Translations under genes and position numbers: made by a program
Part shown: positions 19,671 through 29,735 of the stretch, piece after piece
How the letters are laid out: each line of letters begins with the position of its first letter
Numbering within the stretch: the stretch's first letter is position 1
Assembly (NCBI GenBank): GCA_965216785.1
Contig: OZ244197.1
Location: 2,048,001-2,112,000, forward strand
Source of the DNA: Thermodesulfobacteriota bacterium
GTDB taxonomy: Bacteria; Desulfobacterota_D; UBA1144; Nemesobacterales; UBA2774
Direction of reading: 5' to 3'
Length of the DNA stretch: 64,000 bases
The notes under the pieces: model-generated
Seen by the model: the letters and a program-made list of their open reading frames with translations, nothing else
Databases searched by the model: none
Told to the model about the DNA's origin: nothing

Positions 19671-20987
19671 ATGACTGTAGATAAACGCACGGCTGTGGTC
19701 GATGTGGATGTTTCACTGCCCCGGGACTTGCGAGCTGTATCTGAAGCGTTTTTAAAGGCGCTTGGGATGATTGATGAGCTTTACAGCATGCAGCTCGGGG
19801 GACGGGTAGCGGGGGCCATAACGAGAGCGCAGGAATGTAGAGCGTGGAATGGGATCGTAGAGGCGCTGAGCGGCTGTGCCGAGACGCTGCCGGAGCAAGC
19901 CAGAGCAGCTTTTGAGGAATCTCTTCAGGCTCTTAAGGGCGGAATATACGACCTTTATCCGGTGAGTGTTGTGGGCGGTGATGAATGCCGCGGCGGGATA
20001 GAGCTTATTTTAGGTAAGGTATTTCTTTCGTCCGGCGGAGGGGAGGGGTATTACTCGGGCGCCGCGGGTGTAAGCAATAGTGAGTTCGAGCGCTTAATCA
20101 GGGATTATGACGATCATATGCCGCTTTTTGCTCAGCGGCTTGAGGAGCTTTCCGAGACCTGTAAAATCAACGTCCCAGATGTGATTCCGGAGCTCAGGTG
20201 CCTGGATATATTCTCGCTTGCTGGCGGCCTTAACACAGAGCACAAGCCGATATGCGTCTTCTTTTCGGGCGGCCCGAAGGAAAACGTATCGTCGCTCTCT
20301 AACATGACGGTGTTCATCAATCTCTACCGGTCAAGGTTCAAAGAGATTACGGAGAAGATCGCCGGGCGTTATATAGCAGGGGCCGAGCGCATGCTTTCAG
20401 AGCTTTCAGATGAGGATACCGCGCGGCTTCTTCTCACTTGGCTCAGGGGGCACGACGTGGGGCACTTCTTCGGCGAGGATAATCTGGGCTCTTCGATGTC
20501 AGAGTTTGATATGGACTACATGATTCTTCACGAGCTTAAGTCTGATTTTATCTCACTGTATAACCTCGGGCATTTAGATAGCGCTTTACTGGGTGGGCGC
20601 AGGCTCGAGCAGGCGTATTTAGTCGCTATTTCAGAGATGCTCCGCTACATCAGGCGGGGCGGTATATACAAGCACCCTGACTCGGGCTCTGCCTATCTTA
20701 CATACTGCGCGCTTAAGGGCGCGGGAGCACTCATATATGATAAAACGTCCAAAATGCTGTCATATGATACCGTACTCTTTGAAAAAGCGGTGAAAGAGTG
20801 CACGGCCACGCTTCTTGAACTGTTTTCAAATGGAGACTCATCCGCCGCCAGAGCGTATGTAAACAGCTGGGGCGAGCTTGCGGATGGGGATGAGCGCGGT
20901 GTTCCAAAATCCTGCCCGGAAGAACTGCGCTTGATCACGCTTGATGAGGAAATCGCGGATTTCATTGATTATGATTATAGAGTATAA
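19671..20987 (+). CDS. Peptidase M49 (DPP III)-like protein with a variant metal motif
   Basis: HDVGH occupies the HExxH position, followed by LHELKSD (cf. EExKAD) and EMLRYIRRG. Confidence 0.55.
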   Translation: MTVDKRTAVVDVDVSLPRDLRAVSEAFLKALGMIDELYSMQLGGRVAGAITRAQECRAWNGIVEALSGCAETLPEQARAAFEESLQALKGGIYDLYPVSVVGGDECRGGIELILGKVFLSSGGGEGYYSGAAGVSNSEFERLIRDYDDHMPLFAQRLEELSETCKINVPDVIPELRCLDIFSLAGGLNTEHKPICVFFSGGPKENVSSLSNMTVFINLYRSRFKEITEKIAGRYIAGAERMLSELSDEDTARLLLTWLRGHDVGHFFGEDNLGSSMSEFDMDYMILHELKSDFISLYNLGHLDSALLGGRRLEQAYLVAISEMLRYIRRGGIYKHPDSGSAYLTYCALKGAGALIYDKTSKMLSYDTVLFEKAVKECTATLLELFSNGDSSAARAYVNSWGELADGDERGVPKSCPEELRLITLDEEIADFIDYDYRV

Positions 20988-21056
20988 ATAAAACGTCAGT
21001 AAAGCAGGTCTGCGCTATATGGGAATGTAGTCGAGTCGGCATGTGTAAAGGAGACT

Positions 21057-22568
21057 GTGGGGATTACTAAAATATATTCAAATAAGACTTACAGGATAGC
21101 GGGAGCGCTGTTTATACTGCTCTTTGCCTGCTATGCTTATTTCGCTCAGAATGCTGGGAACTGGAATACCGTGCCGAGGGTCGCGCTGACGCTTGCTATG
21201 ATTGAGGATCAGAGCCTGAGCATAGACCAGTTTCGTAGAGTGACCGGCGATATAGCATACTACAAAGGCAAATATTATACGGACAAAGCACCGGGTATGT
21301 CGTTTATGGCTTACCCATCTGCCGCGGGCGTTGTGTTCGCTCTAAAAACACTTTCACCACATATCGACTGGGTGCGGTTTCGGGATGGTAAGATCGTTTG
21401 GATCGACTCCAACCATATGATTACGGAGCCTTTCATTATCTTAAGTCAGGTCGTAACAATAGCTACCTCAGGTCTTCTTACAGTGTTTGCGGCCCTAGCC
21501 ATTTACTTTGTCGCGATTAAGCTGGGGGCGGGCTTTGGGGGAGCTGTGTTCGGCTCCCTTGCGTACGGGATGGCCACACCGGCCTGGGGATGGTCTACAG
21601 CGTTCTTCGGCCACGCATCCGCCGGGGGGTGCCTGTTTTTGGGACTCGCGGCAGTTTTCTTTTTACTTCAGAGCCCGCATGAACGGCGAAGGGATATATG
21701 GCTGTCGTTCGCGTCCGGAGCGCTGCTCGCATGGGCCGTCGTCATTGAGCTCACCACAGCGCCGCCGGCATTCGTCATAGCGCTGTACGGTTTATACAAC
21801 ATGCGGGCGTGGGATAGGCGCAGGCTGCTCAAAGTGTTTATCGGCGCTTTGGCAGGAGGGCTGATATTTATTTCCCCTCTACTCATATATAACTATGCGA
21901 TATTGGGCAAACCTTTCGGGTCGCTTTACTCCTATACAGTGAACTTTCCCAATATGACTAAAGGGTTTTACGGTCTCGTGTACCCTGACTTTGGCGTTTT
22001 TATGAAGCTCCTTTTCAGCGGCAAGCACGGTATATTGTGGTTTTCCCCTCTGCTTGTGGCCGTGCCGTTGGCCCTAATTGCTCTGTGGCGCCGTCCAGGG
22101 CAGAGATCACTGGCCGTTATCTTGACAGTGATTCCTATTTATTATTTTCTATGGAATTCTTCATTTTTAAACTGGACCGGCGGAGCATCGACAACGCCAA
22201 GATATCTTACCCCTATGTTGCCGTTCCTCTGTCTGCCATTGTCTTTGCTCTGGGCGGGCTCGGGAAAAATTCTTCGAGCGGTGCTTTTGGCTCTGCTTGC
22301 GGTGAGTATGTTAATATCCCTTATGAGCGTCTCGGTCTCGATGCTTCACGGTCAGTCCGCGAGCGGTAACATAGTCACTACTTACCTTGTGCCCGAGTTC
22401 TTTCACGGCCGCATCCCCTGGTTTTCGCTTCCGGTGATACTTATATTTTCTAACCCTGTAGTGAAAGGTTATAACGGGCAGTTGGCGTTGATACCTCTTT
22501 ATTTTATTATCGCCGCGTGCGTGCTTTATATCTTCGGGGAGCTTAGAAAAAACGATCAGGCAAGCTGA
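21057..22568 (+). CDS. Polytopic GT-C-type glycosyltransferase-like membrane protein
   Basis: More than 10 TM helices, YYTDKAPG, ATPAW, YNY...G.PF, PRYLTPMLPF. Paralog of 45569-47152. Confidence 0.65.
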   Translation: MGITKIYSNKTYRIAGALFILLFACYAYFAQNAGNWNTVPRVALTLAMIEDQSLSIDQFRRVTGDIAYYKGKYYTDKAPGMSFMAYPSAAGVVFALKTLSPHIDWVRFRDGKIVWIDSNHMITEPFIILSQVVTIATSGLLTVFAALAIYFVAIKLGAGFGGAVFGSLAYGMATPAWGWSTAFFGHASAGGCLFLGLAAVFFLLQSPHERRRDIWLSFASGALLAWAVVIELTTAPPAFVIALYGLYNMRAWDRRRLLKVFIGALAGGLIFISPLLIYNYAILGKPFGSLYSYTVNFPNMTKGFYGLVYPDFGVFMKLLFSGKHGILWFSPLLVAVPLALIALWRRPGQRSLAVILTVIPIYYFLWNSSFLNWTGGASTTPRYLTPMLPFLCLPLSLLWAGSGKILRAVLLALLAVSMLISLMSVSVSMLHGQSASGNIVTTYLVPEFFHGRIPWFSLPVILIFSNPVVKGYNGQLALIPLYFIIAACVLYIFGELRKNDQAS

Positions 22569-22569
22569 A

Positions 22570-24657
22570 TTAGCGAGTGAGGCGCCGCTCGAGCTCGGCA
22601 AGTTTACTTTCAAGCTCAGTGCCGGAACGGGAGCCACAGAGACGCCAGAGAGCGATCTTCCTTACTAGCTCGCGGGCGAATTTGCCTGTGCCCGTGGCGC
22701 GTGAAAAGCTCTCAATCTCTGAAAACACGGCGTCCTCTTCACCACGCGCTAATGTTGCGCACAGCTCAAAGAGCGTAGACGATTTCTTGGGGATATTCTC
22801 TTGTTCGCTATCAAACAATTCCGAGAGGTCAATGCCCCCTAGCGCTCGTGTAAGGTGACGTACATACAAACCGAAGATATTCATAGCCAGAGAAAAACGC
22901 TCTAGCTGTCGCATATATTCCCCGGTGCTTGTGGAAGTCCATTTGTCTCTGCCGTAAGTTGCCGCTGAATCAACGGAAGATTGTTTCCGCGTTTTTAAAA
23001 GATCTTGCGCTGTAGCCCCGAGTGAGCGGAACCAGAACCTGTAAAGGTTTCCCGCTAAGTCCAGAGTAGCAGGGTCTAAGGGGCGTGTATGAAGATGTTT
23101 TTTAAGTAATCCCCCCGCTAAATCCAGCAGCCTGAGCTCCTTTTGGGTATTATCAAGCCGCTTTCTCAAGACCTCCGGATCTGAAAGGGGCTCGTATCTG
23201 TACTCTGCGCGCCTTTGGGCGGGCCGCGTCCAAACGCGCTCTCTTGTTGCGGTGTACTCCGCTCTGAGCTCCCTGAGCTTCTTATCCTTCTCTCCTGTGC
23301 TTATAATGGATTCGATGAGCTCGTCTATCTCTCTTATCTGCTCGTCCACAGAGTCAGGAGAGGTGTCTGCAGCGGATGTGTCCAGAGTGCCGGAGATTTC
23401 GCCGAGTATAAAAGGATCGTCTGAAAGGTAGGTAAGTAAGAGCATTATGTTCGCGTACTCCCCGTCACCGAGATTTGCGCAGAGGCGGCGCACATCGTCC
23501 CTTACGCTCTCAAGACCAATGTTTCTGGCTAGATACAGCGCGGCGAAATAGTGATAGACATACTCGTACCTAAAGTAATATTCCGCTTCTTTCAGACCCA
23601 AAGCGCCTGATTCAATTAGTGTGCTAAGCCACTCTTGCGCACGGTTCTGTGTGCCCGACTGCTTCTCAAAAAGCTCAGCCAGCTCTAGCGCTGTCGCCGA
23701 GGATTTCCTCTCTGTGAACATCAGATTCGCGAGCTGGGATAGATAAACCATCAAAGCTTCCAGACGGTCGGCGCCCGCGCGCTCCTTAAGAGGCTTTGTG
23801 ACCAAGTGCTCTATGTAGTAGCCGTAAGAGCTTTGTGAAGGCTCTTGGTCTCCGGAATCTCCGATGTTCAGGATCGTGAGTAATATCAGCGGGTAAGAGG
23901 GCGCGAGGTCCCTGCCGATTACCTCGTCCATGATATTTAGCGCAGACTCGATTTTGGCGTCTATGCTAACGGTATCTCTCTCTCGCTCTTTTGCAGGTAG
24001 GTTATGCCATTTACTACAAAGCTCGCGCCTTAAGTCAATGCTGAATTCCATGAGTTCAAAATTTAGAGGCTCTTTGTCTTGAATAAATTCTGAAGAGAAC
24101 GTTTCACCCAGTAATGGAATGCTCGTAGTAACAATTGAAAATCCGAATTCATCTGCGAGCCCATGAAGTATTTGTCTGTCTGGTCTCACGCTGTCGATAT
24201 TGTCCAGGAGACATATCTTTTTATCACTGCTTGAGGACAGTATTTGCTGAAGAGATTTCTCTGTGTACTGTTTTTCGTATGCGCTGCTGACAAGCTCTCT
24301 CTGCCCGTTCCGGTCTATGCTCCCGATACGGCTGCAGTCAATGTAAAGGGGGAATAGTCCTGCGGCGGCGTAGTACTTCATAAGGATTTTCAGAAGCGTA
24401 GTTTTGCCGGAGTCTGCCGGGCCTGTGATAAATACGAGGGGTGAGAGGCTCTCAACCCGTAATAATTCTCTTGAGCTTATTATCGCGGCTCCGCTTGAGC
24501 CCGGCTCCCCGATGCCTGCTGTTGATAGCATAAGCTTTGGGAATACGAAAAAATCCTCAAGAATAAGCGATTCATTGAGTGGGTTTCTGACACCGGTTCC
24601 GGGGTCGTTTAGGAATTTCAGGAACTCTTCACAAAACTCTATAGCATGTTTTTCCAA
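22570..24657 (-). CDS. STAND/NACHT-like P-loop NTPase without an evident N-terminal effector
   Basis: EDFFVFPKL pre-motif, Walker A GPADSGKTT, Walker B CLLDNID, PSYPL (GxP-like), YYFRYEYVYHYFAA winged-helix motif. Confidence 0.7.
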   Translation of the reverse strand: MEKHAIEFCEEFLKFLNDPGTGVRNPLNESLILEDFFVFPKLMLSTAGIGEPGSSGAAIISSRELLRVESLSPLVFITGPADSGKTTLLKILMKYYAAAGLFPLYIDCSRIGSIDRNGQRELVSSAYEKQYTEKSLQQILSSSSDKKICLLDNIDSVRPDRQILHGLADEFGFSIVTTSIPLLGETFSSEFIQDKEPLNFELMEFSIDLRRELCSKWHNLPAKERERDTVSIDAKIESALNIMDEVIGRDLAPSYPLILLTILNIGDSGDQEPSQSSYGYYIEHLVTKPLKERAGADRLEALMVYLSQLANLMFTERKSSATALELAELFEKQSGTQNRAQEWLSTLIESGALGLKEAEYYFRYEYVYHYFAALYLARNIGLESVRDDVRRLCANLGDGEYANIMLLLTYLSDDPFILGEISGTLDTSAADTSPDSVDEQIREIDELIESIISTGEKDKKLRELRAEYTATRERVWTRPAQRRAEYRYEPLSDPEVLRKRLDNTQKELRLLDLAGGLLKKHLHTRPLDPATLDLAGNLYRFWFRSLGATAQDLLKTRKQSSVDSAATYGRDKWTSTSTGEYMRQLERFSLAMNIFGLYVRHLTRALGGIDLSELFDSEQENIPKKSSTLFELCATLARGEEDAVFSEIESFSRATGTGKFARELVRKIALWRLCGSRSGTELESKLAELERRLTR

Positions 24658-24902
24658 ACGTCGCTTCCTTGTGGTCTTAAGTTGTTATGTGAAACCGGTA
24701 TTGATGTCTGTAATTCAGGGTGTAATTATTTAGATTATACTGGATTTGCGAAGGGTCATGCAAATTAAAACCGGAGCCGTGTGTAATTATAAATATGATT
24801 ATTTTCCGGACGGTATTCTCAAATCCAAATTATGGATATATAATACTTAGAGTCGGGTGATGTTTACGGGTCGAACTTTAGAAATTGCTGGAGGATCGGA
24901 AG

Positions 24903-25265
24903 ATGAAAAACTTTGTTGCCGCAGTTCTTATATTACTCACGGGCGCTCAGATTTGCGGGGCCGAGTCACTTACGGACTTACTCTATATTGAGGAGCGTGG
25001 CACCCCTGATGAGATTGAGCACTATGACTCAATAAAATATGTTACGGGAAAAAGCGAGCGTCATTACAGAGAGGCGTGGCTACAGGTATTTAACGAAGAT
25101 AACTACGTTAACCAGTGCGTGAGCACGATTAAAAATCAGGCTGTATGCGTTGGCGCTAACGCGGTGGTAAACCTTAGCTGGACCCTTGAGCACGAGTACC
25201 CGGACAACTGGTACACAGTAGTTTGCCAGGGACTTGCGGTCTGGAAATACAGCGATTCTTATTGA
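24903..25265 (+). CDS. Hypothetical exported protein
   Basis: GGAGG SD, signal peptide; A...GANAVV resembles YbjQ-like small folds. Confidence 0.55.
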   Translation: MKNFVAAVLILLTGAQICGAESLTDLLYIEERGTPDEIEHYDSIKYVTGKSERHYREAWLQVFNEDNYVNQCVSTIKNQAVCVGANAVVNLSWTLEHEYPDNWYTVVCQGLAVWKYSDSY

Positions 25266-25497
25266 TATCAGCTACTTAAGTTGTTAAAACTAGAAAGTAA
25301 TTGAGCTTTTTGTTGCTAGATTCGGAGCACCCGTCTTGCGGTTGCCAACGTTAAAGCTTTCCTTGATCTCAATTACCTATTCTAAATAAATTTCTCCGAA
25401 TTTCACTTTTTATTCATAAGAATGTCTTTCCATTCCCGTTAACATCAATTATTATTTCCCCTACAATCTGTGAAGCTCAGGAGGAGATAGGGACGTA

Positions 25498-25956
25498 ATG
25501 AAACCACTAACATTGATAATACTCGCGGCGATTTTCCTTTCGGCGTGCTCTAGCGGCAACAGCGAAATCAAGCCCATTTTTAACAGTATGAAAGAAGCCG
25601 GCTGCCAAAAGAACGTGGATGAGTTCTTTACACATGTGAGCATGAACGACATCAGGAATAATTTTAATGAAGATACCGTAGATAAGATTTTGGAAGGGGC
25701 CTACGAAGATAAGCTCTCTGAGCGGGCTCAGGAGCTTAGCGGAGTTGAATGGGAAAAAATGGCCTCACGCTACGTGCTCGAGGTCATGCAGCTTTACAGG
25801 GACGAAGTGCAAAAGGGCGAGACGGGCCAGATATGCAGGATGCAAATCGTATCCATAAAGAAAAATACCGCGACCGTGAAAATGCCGGGTGAGCCGGATA
25901 TAAGATGGGTCTTCGGGCAATCACGCGGAAAGCTAAAGCTTGTGTCGGTTTACTGA
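25498..25956 (+). CDS. Hypothetical lipoprotein
   Basis: AGGAGG SD and lipobox LSAC. Confidence 0.65.
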   Translation: MKPLTLIILAAIFLSACSSGNSEIKPIFNSMKEAGCQKNVDEFFTHVSMNDIRNNFNEDTVDKILEGAYEDKLSERAQELSGVEWEKMASRYVLEVMQLYRDEVQKGETGQICRMQIVSIKKNTATVKMPGEPDIRWVFGQSRGKLKLVSVY

Positions 25957-26151
25957 TGGGTCTTCGCTTTATCTCCTTAACTTTAGCATAGGCCCCTTAG
26001 CTGCTCTAAGCCCTTGCTAGCCGCGGGTAGAATAGAGACTCCGGATTTATTTTTATAGAATAATTTGCTCATTTACGATGAGGGTATTATATTATGCTCT
26101 GAGGGTGGTGCATAAGTACAACCAAGGGTCAACAAAGCAGGAGGATAGGAA

Positions 26152-26415
26152 TTGGATAGAGTGGATAGAGAGACTTTCGGACCGCTGACCGATTTGTTCG
26201 GTAGTGATACACAGGGGCGGTTAATTTTTGATCTTGTAAGAACTCTTGTAGCTAACAGAGTAAAATTGAGAGCGCTTGAAGGAGTGCTCATAGACAAAGG
26301 CATAATAACTCCGGAAGAGCTGAACGGGATATATGAAAATGTGTTGTCCGCAAGCTCGGACGATATAATTAATGAGGTACTTCAGGAGTTCGGCGGCGGT
26401 AATACGGATTATTGA
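26152..26415 (+). CDS. Small hypothetical protein
   Basis: AGGAGG SD before TTG; helical ALEGVLIDKGIITPEEL motif. Confidence 0.6.
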   Translation: MDRVDRETFGPLTDLFGSDTQGRLIFDLVRTLVANRVKLRALEGVLIDKGIITPEELNGIYENVLSASSDDIINEVLQEFGGGNTDY

Positions 26416-26594
26416 GCCCTATTTAAGCTCATAACAATCTTACAATGCGGTGCGCGAAGCTTTGGGAGAAGTGTAGTTTTAGTACTGCGGTTATTGCGCA
26501 CATGATTTTCTTAGAACATCGGAGCTGCGCTCGCAATTAATTTTAATGTATGTATTTTATAACAGAGTGGACTGGATGAACTAAGGACTTCGGT

Positions 26595-27167
26595 ATGAAG
26601 AAATATATAAATATTCTATTATTCCAGCTGGTATTGGTACTTTTATTCAGTTGCTCTTCTGATAAAGGCGGCGGGGAGTATGACTTTAGGAATACGAGCT
26701 GGGGTATGAGCCAAGAGCAAGTGAAGGAATCTGAGAGCGAGCCTCCGACTGAAGAGCTGCCGAACGTTATAACGTATGTAAGTGAGTTTGAGGGTATGCC
26801 CGCGGTAATAGGCTATTTGTTCGATGACGGCAAGCTGACACGCGCGGGTTATGTTGTGACCAAGAGTCATGAAGAGCCGAATATGTATGTAAACGACTTC
26901 GTAAAACTGAGGGATTTTCATACGATGAAATACGGCAGACCCGCGTACGATACAGTGAATTGGAATGAAGGCGCGGAGTCTGATATAAAAACAGAGGATT
27001 ACCCTCAAGCAGCTTGCGACGGGCAGCTGCAGTACACGGCGGGCTGGGAAACGCAGGGATCCTTGGTTAAGCTAATGCTTCATGGTAGAGAGGGAAAATG
27101 CGAGCTTGGCGTAATGTACGATAGTAAACAATATTACGTTGTCCCCGAAGTGAAAGAAAAACAATAG
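26595..27167 (+). CDS. Hypothetical lipoprotein, 'FR.T.WGMS' family
   Basis: Lipobox LFSC and YDFRNTSWGMS. Similar to 51656-52189 and 52650-53183. Confidence 0.7.
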   Translation: MKKYINILLFQLVLVLLFSCSSDKGGGEYDFRNTSWGMSQEQVKESESEPPTEELPNVITYVSEFEGMPAVIGYLFDDGKLTRAGYVVTKSHEEPNMYVNDFVKLRDFHTMKYGRPAYDTVNWNEGAESDIKTEDYPQAACDGQLQYTAGWETQGSLVKLMLHGREGKCELGVMYDSKQYYVVPEVKEKQ

Positions 27168-27250
27168 CGCGGATCGCAGGTGGAGCGGGGCGGTAATAGA
27201 TAAAGGACTTCTATCGCGATAATACAGTTAGAGCCCGGGATGAATACACT

Positions 27251-27490
27251 ATGATTAACTATAAAGTGGATAATTTGACTCTGATGGAAGATGAGAAATC
27301 TTTTCTCGTCGATATTACGATTGAGCTTGAGGACTATGATCTCTCGAGTGAAAATGTTTATATCTCTATCACTTTTCCTCTCGCAAACGATTCAAACGAT
27401 GTTGAGGATATTAAGGAAAAGGCCGTCATTCACGCCAAGAGCATACTTAAGCGAGTACTTCTTGAAGACGCTCAGCAAGAGCTTTTCTAA
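27251..27490 (+). CDS. Small acidic hypothetical protein
   Basis: 79-aa ORF with protein-like composition filling the gap before the convergent trkH. Confidence 0.5.
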   Translation: MINYKVDNLTLMEDEKSFLVDITIELEDYDLSSENVYISITFPLANDSNDVEDIKEKAVIHAKSILKRVLLEDAQQELF

Positions 27491-27570
27491 AACAGGAGCT
27501 TTTCTAAAGAGGGCGCCCCTCTGCCGTAATTTATTCATGACGCATAAGTGGCTATGTCTTGCGACCCAAT

Positions 27571-29025
27571 TTATTTTCTCCAAAACAGCGGGGTGAAAAA
27601 GACGAGCACCGTATAAATCTCAAGCCTCCCGAGAAGCATCAGGAAACACAGCCAGAGCTTTGAGAAGACTGATAGGAATTTATAGTGATAAGCCGCGCCT
27701 ACTTCCTCGAAACCCGGTCCTACGTTCGCGAGCGTTGCGGTGCAGGCCGAAAGAGCTCCCAGTATAGATATATCTTCAATCGATAGAACCACTAATACCG
27801 AGACCACCAATATCACAATGAACAAAAGGAAGAAGCTCGTCACGCTCGAAATGACCTCTTCGCTGACAGCCCGTTTATCAATCCTTACCGGGAGCACAGC
27901 TTTTGGCATGATGAGATGGTTGATCTCTCTGATGCCCTTTTTTATCAGAACCAGGACCCTGATAACTTTTATGGAGCCTGTGGTGGAGCCCGCGCATCCG
28001 CCTATGAACATGACGGTCAGTAGAGCGAATACGGCGAATTTCGGCCAGAGGCCGAAATCGGTAGAGCTGAAGCCGGTGCCCGTCAATATGGAAACTACCT
28101 GAAACGACCCGTATTTGAGCGCTTCTAAAAACCCGGGGTATTCACGCAGCCGAAGATCAAGGGTGACTACGACGATGAAGATAAGGATCAAGGTTATGAA
28201 GAACCTGAACTCTGAGCTGTGTAAGAGCTTTGAAAATTTGCCTGTGAAAAAAAGATAGAGAAGAAGGAAGTTTGAGCCGCCGATGATCATGAAAATGATT
28301 ACGATAAATTCCACAAGTGTGCTGTCGTAAGCGCCGATGCTGGCGTTGTATATGGAAAAGCCCCCCGTGGAAATGGTGCTGAACGTAGTGGTAATCGACT
28401 CAAAAGCGCTCAAGCCTGAAAGGTAGAGAAGCACTATCAAAAGAGCGGAAAGGGCTACGTATATGAACCATAGTTTTTTAGCGGTGTCGGCAATCTGGGG
28501 GGTAAGTCTTTCGGTCTTGGGCCCCGGGGCTTCTAGGCTCATAAGCTGCATTCCTCCCACCGAGAGCTTGGGGAGCACGGCAATAGCGAGCAGGATGATA
28601 CCCATTCCCCCGAGCCACTGTGTAAAGCTTCTGTAAAAGAGCAGCCCGCGCGGCAGGACTTCTATGTTGGAAATAATAGTGGCCCCCGTGGTGGTGTACC
28701 CAGAGATTGATTCGAATAACGCGTCTACGGGGCTGAAAACCGATGGTATGAATAGATAGGGCAAAGAGCCGAACAGGCTTGCCGCGATCCAGCAAGACAG
28801 CGCGATGAAAAACGCGTCTTTTCTGTAGAGCTCTTTTGCTTGCTTTGCTTCTTTGGTCGCTCTTTCTACTACAAAACCCAGCACAGAGGTCGTAAAGGCC
28901 GTAAGCAAAAAAATATACCAATCGGAGTCTCTGTAAATTATCGAGCAGATAGCCGGGAGTAACTGTAGTAATCCGAAAAATTTAAGGAATGTGCCGACTA
29001 CATGAAGGGACAGTTTAATGTTCAT
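27571..29025 (-). CDS. trkH: Trk system potassium uptake protein
   Basis: FESISGYTTTGAT, QWLGGMGII, STGGFS, GGCAGSTTGSIK, NVGPG, LGRLEI. Confidence 0.95.
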   Translation of the reverse strand: MNIKLSLHVVGTFLKFFGLLQLLPAICSIIYRDSDWYIFLLTAFTTSVLGFVVERATKEAKQAKELYRKDAFFIALSCWIAASLFGSLPYLFIPSVFSPVDALFESISGYTTTGATIISNIEVLPRGLLFYRSFTQWLGGMGIILLAIAVLPKLSVGGMQLMSLEAPGPKTERLTPQIADTAKKLWFIYVALSALLIVLLYLSGLSAFESITTTFSTISTGGFSIYNASIGAYDSTLVEFIVIIFMIIGGSNFLLLYLFFTGKFSKLLHSSEFRFFITLILIFIVVVTLDLRLREYPGFLEALKYGSFQVVSILTGTGFSSTDFGLWPKFAVFALLTVMFIGGCAGSTTGSIKVIRVLVLIKKGIREINHLIMPKAVLPVRIDKRAVSEEVISSVTSFFLLFIVILVVSVLVVLSIEDISILGALSACTATLANVGPGFEEVGAAYHYKFLSVFSKLWLCFLMLLGRLEIYTVLVFFTPLFWRK

Positions 29026-29326
29026 ATTGTTTCACATTCTGCGCGCCGCAGAAGCGGCGGGCGGTCATTACACCGCGTGATCGTTTGTGAATTGTTTATT
29101 TGCGCGATATTCGCTTAGTCAGGCTACATAGGAATAATATATCAATATTCACCTATATCAAAAAAATTCCGGCCTCACTGCTTCGCGCGTATCGCATAGC
29201 CCGGGTGTAAGGGGGGAAGCACGGACTTGCTTTTTTGTCTTTCTATTGCGTTATGATACGTTCGGGTCTCTTTGCCGCCCGAAAGGGGGGTGTTTAATTT
29301 ATGGGATGGAATATAGCTCTGTGCGC

Positions 29327-29590
29327 TCAGTAGGATGCGCCTTGCTCGTGGGGACTGTAGGTGCCTCCCGGGACGCATTTGTCATATAGTCCGCCGTTTT
29401 GGGTGCATTCCGCGTCACCATGGCACACGTAGCCTTCCCAGCAGTCAGATTGCGGGTCGTCGGGTTTGTGGATACAGTCGCATAAAGGCACAGCTATAAG
29501 CACTTCGGGTTGTTTGGAGCAGCCGGAGAATATCGCTATGCTTATGAGGATGAGCGGAACTAGCAGGAATGTTCTGTAATGTATGGACAT
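29327..29590 (-). CDS. Small cysteine-rich lipoprotein
   Basis: GGAGG SD before ATG 29590, lipobox FSGC, six further Cys in about 40 aa. Confidence 0.65.
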   Translation of the reverse strand: MSIHYRTFLLVPLILISIAIFSGCSKQPEVLIAVPLCDCIHKPDDPQSDCWEGYVCHGDAECTQNGGLYDKCVPGGTYSPHEQGASY

Positions 29591-29735
29591 AGGTGCCTCC
29601 AAGGGTTTACGTAACACATATTATACCGATAAATCGGCGCGGAGCTAAGGCTTTATTTTCCTGACGAACCGCGCCCGCAGGCTCGAAGCATTTATGCGTT
29701 TGTTGTAAGAGCCGCGCGAAAGCTATATCCTAAAT

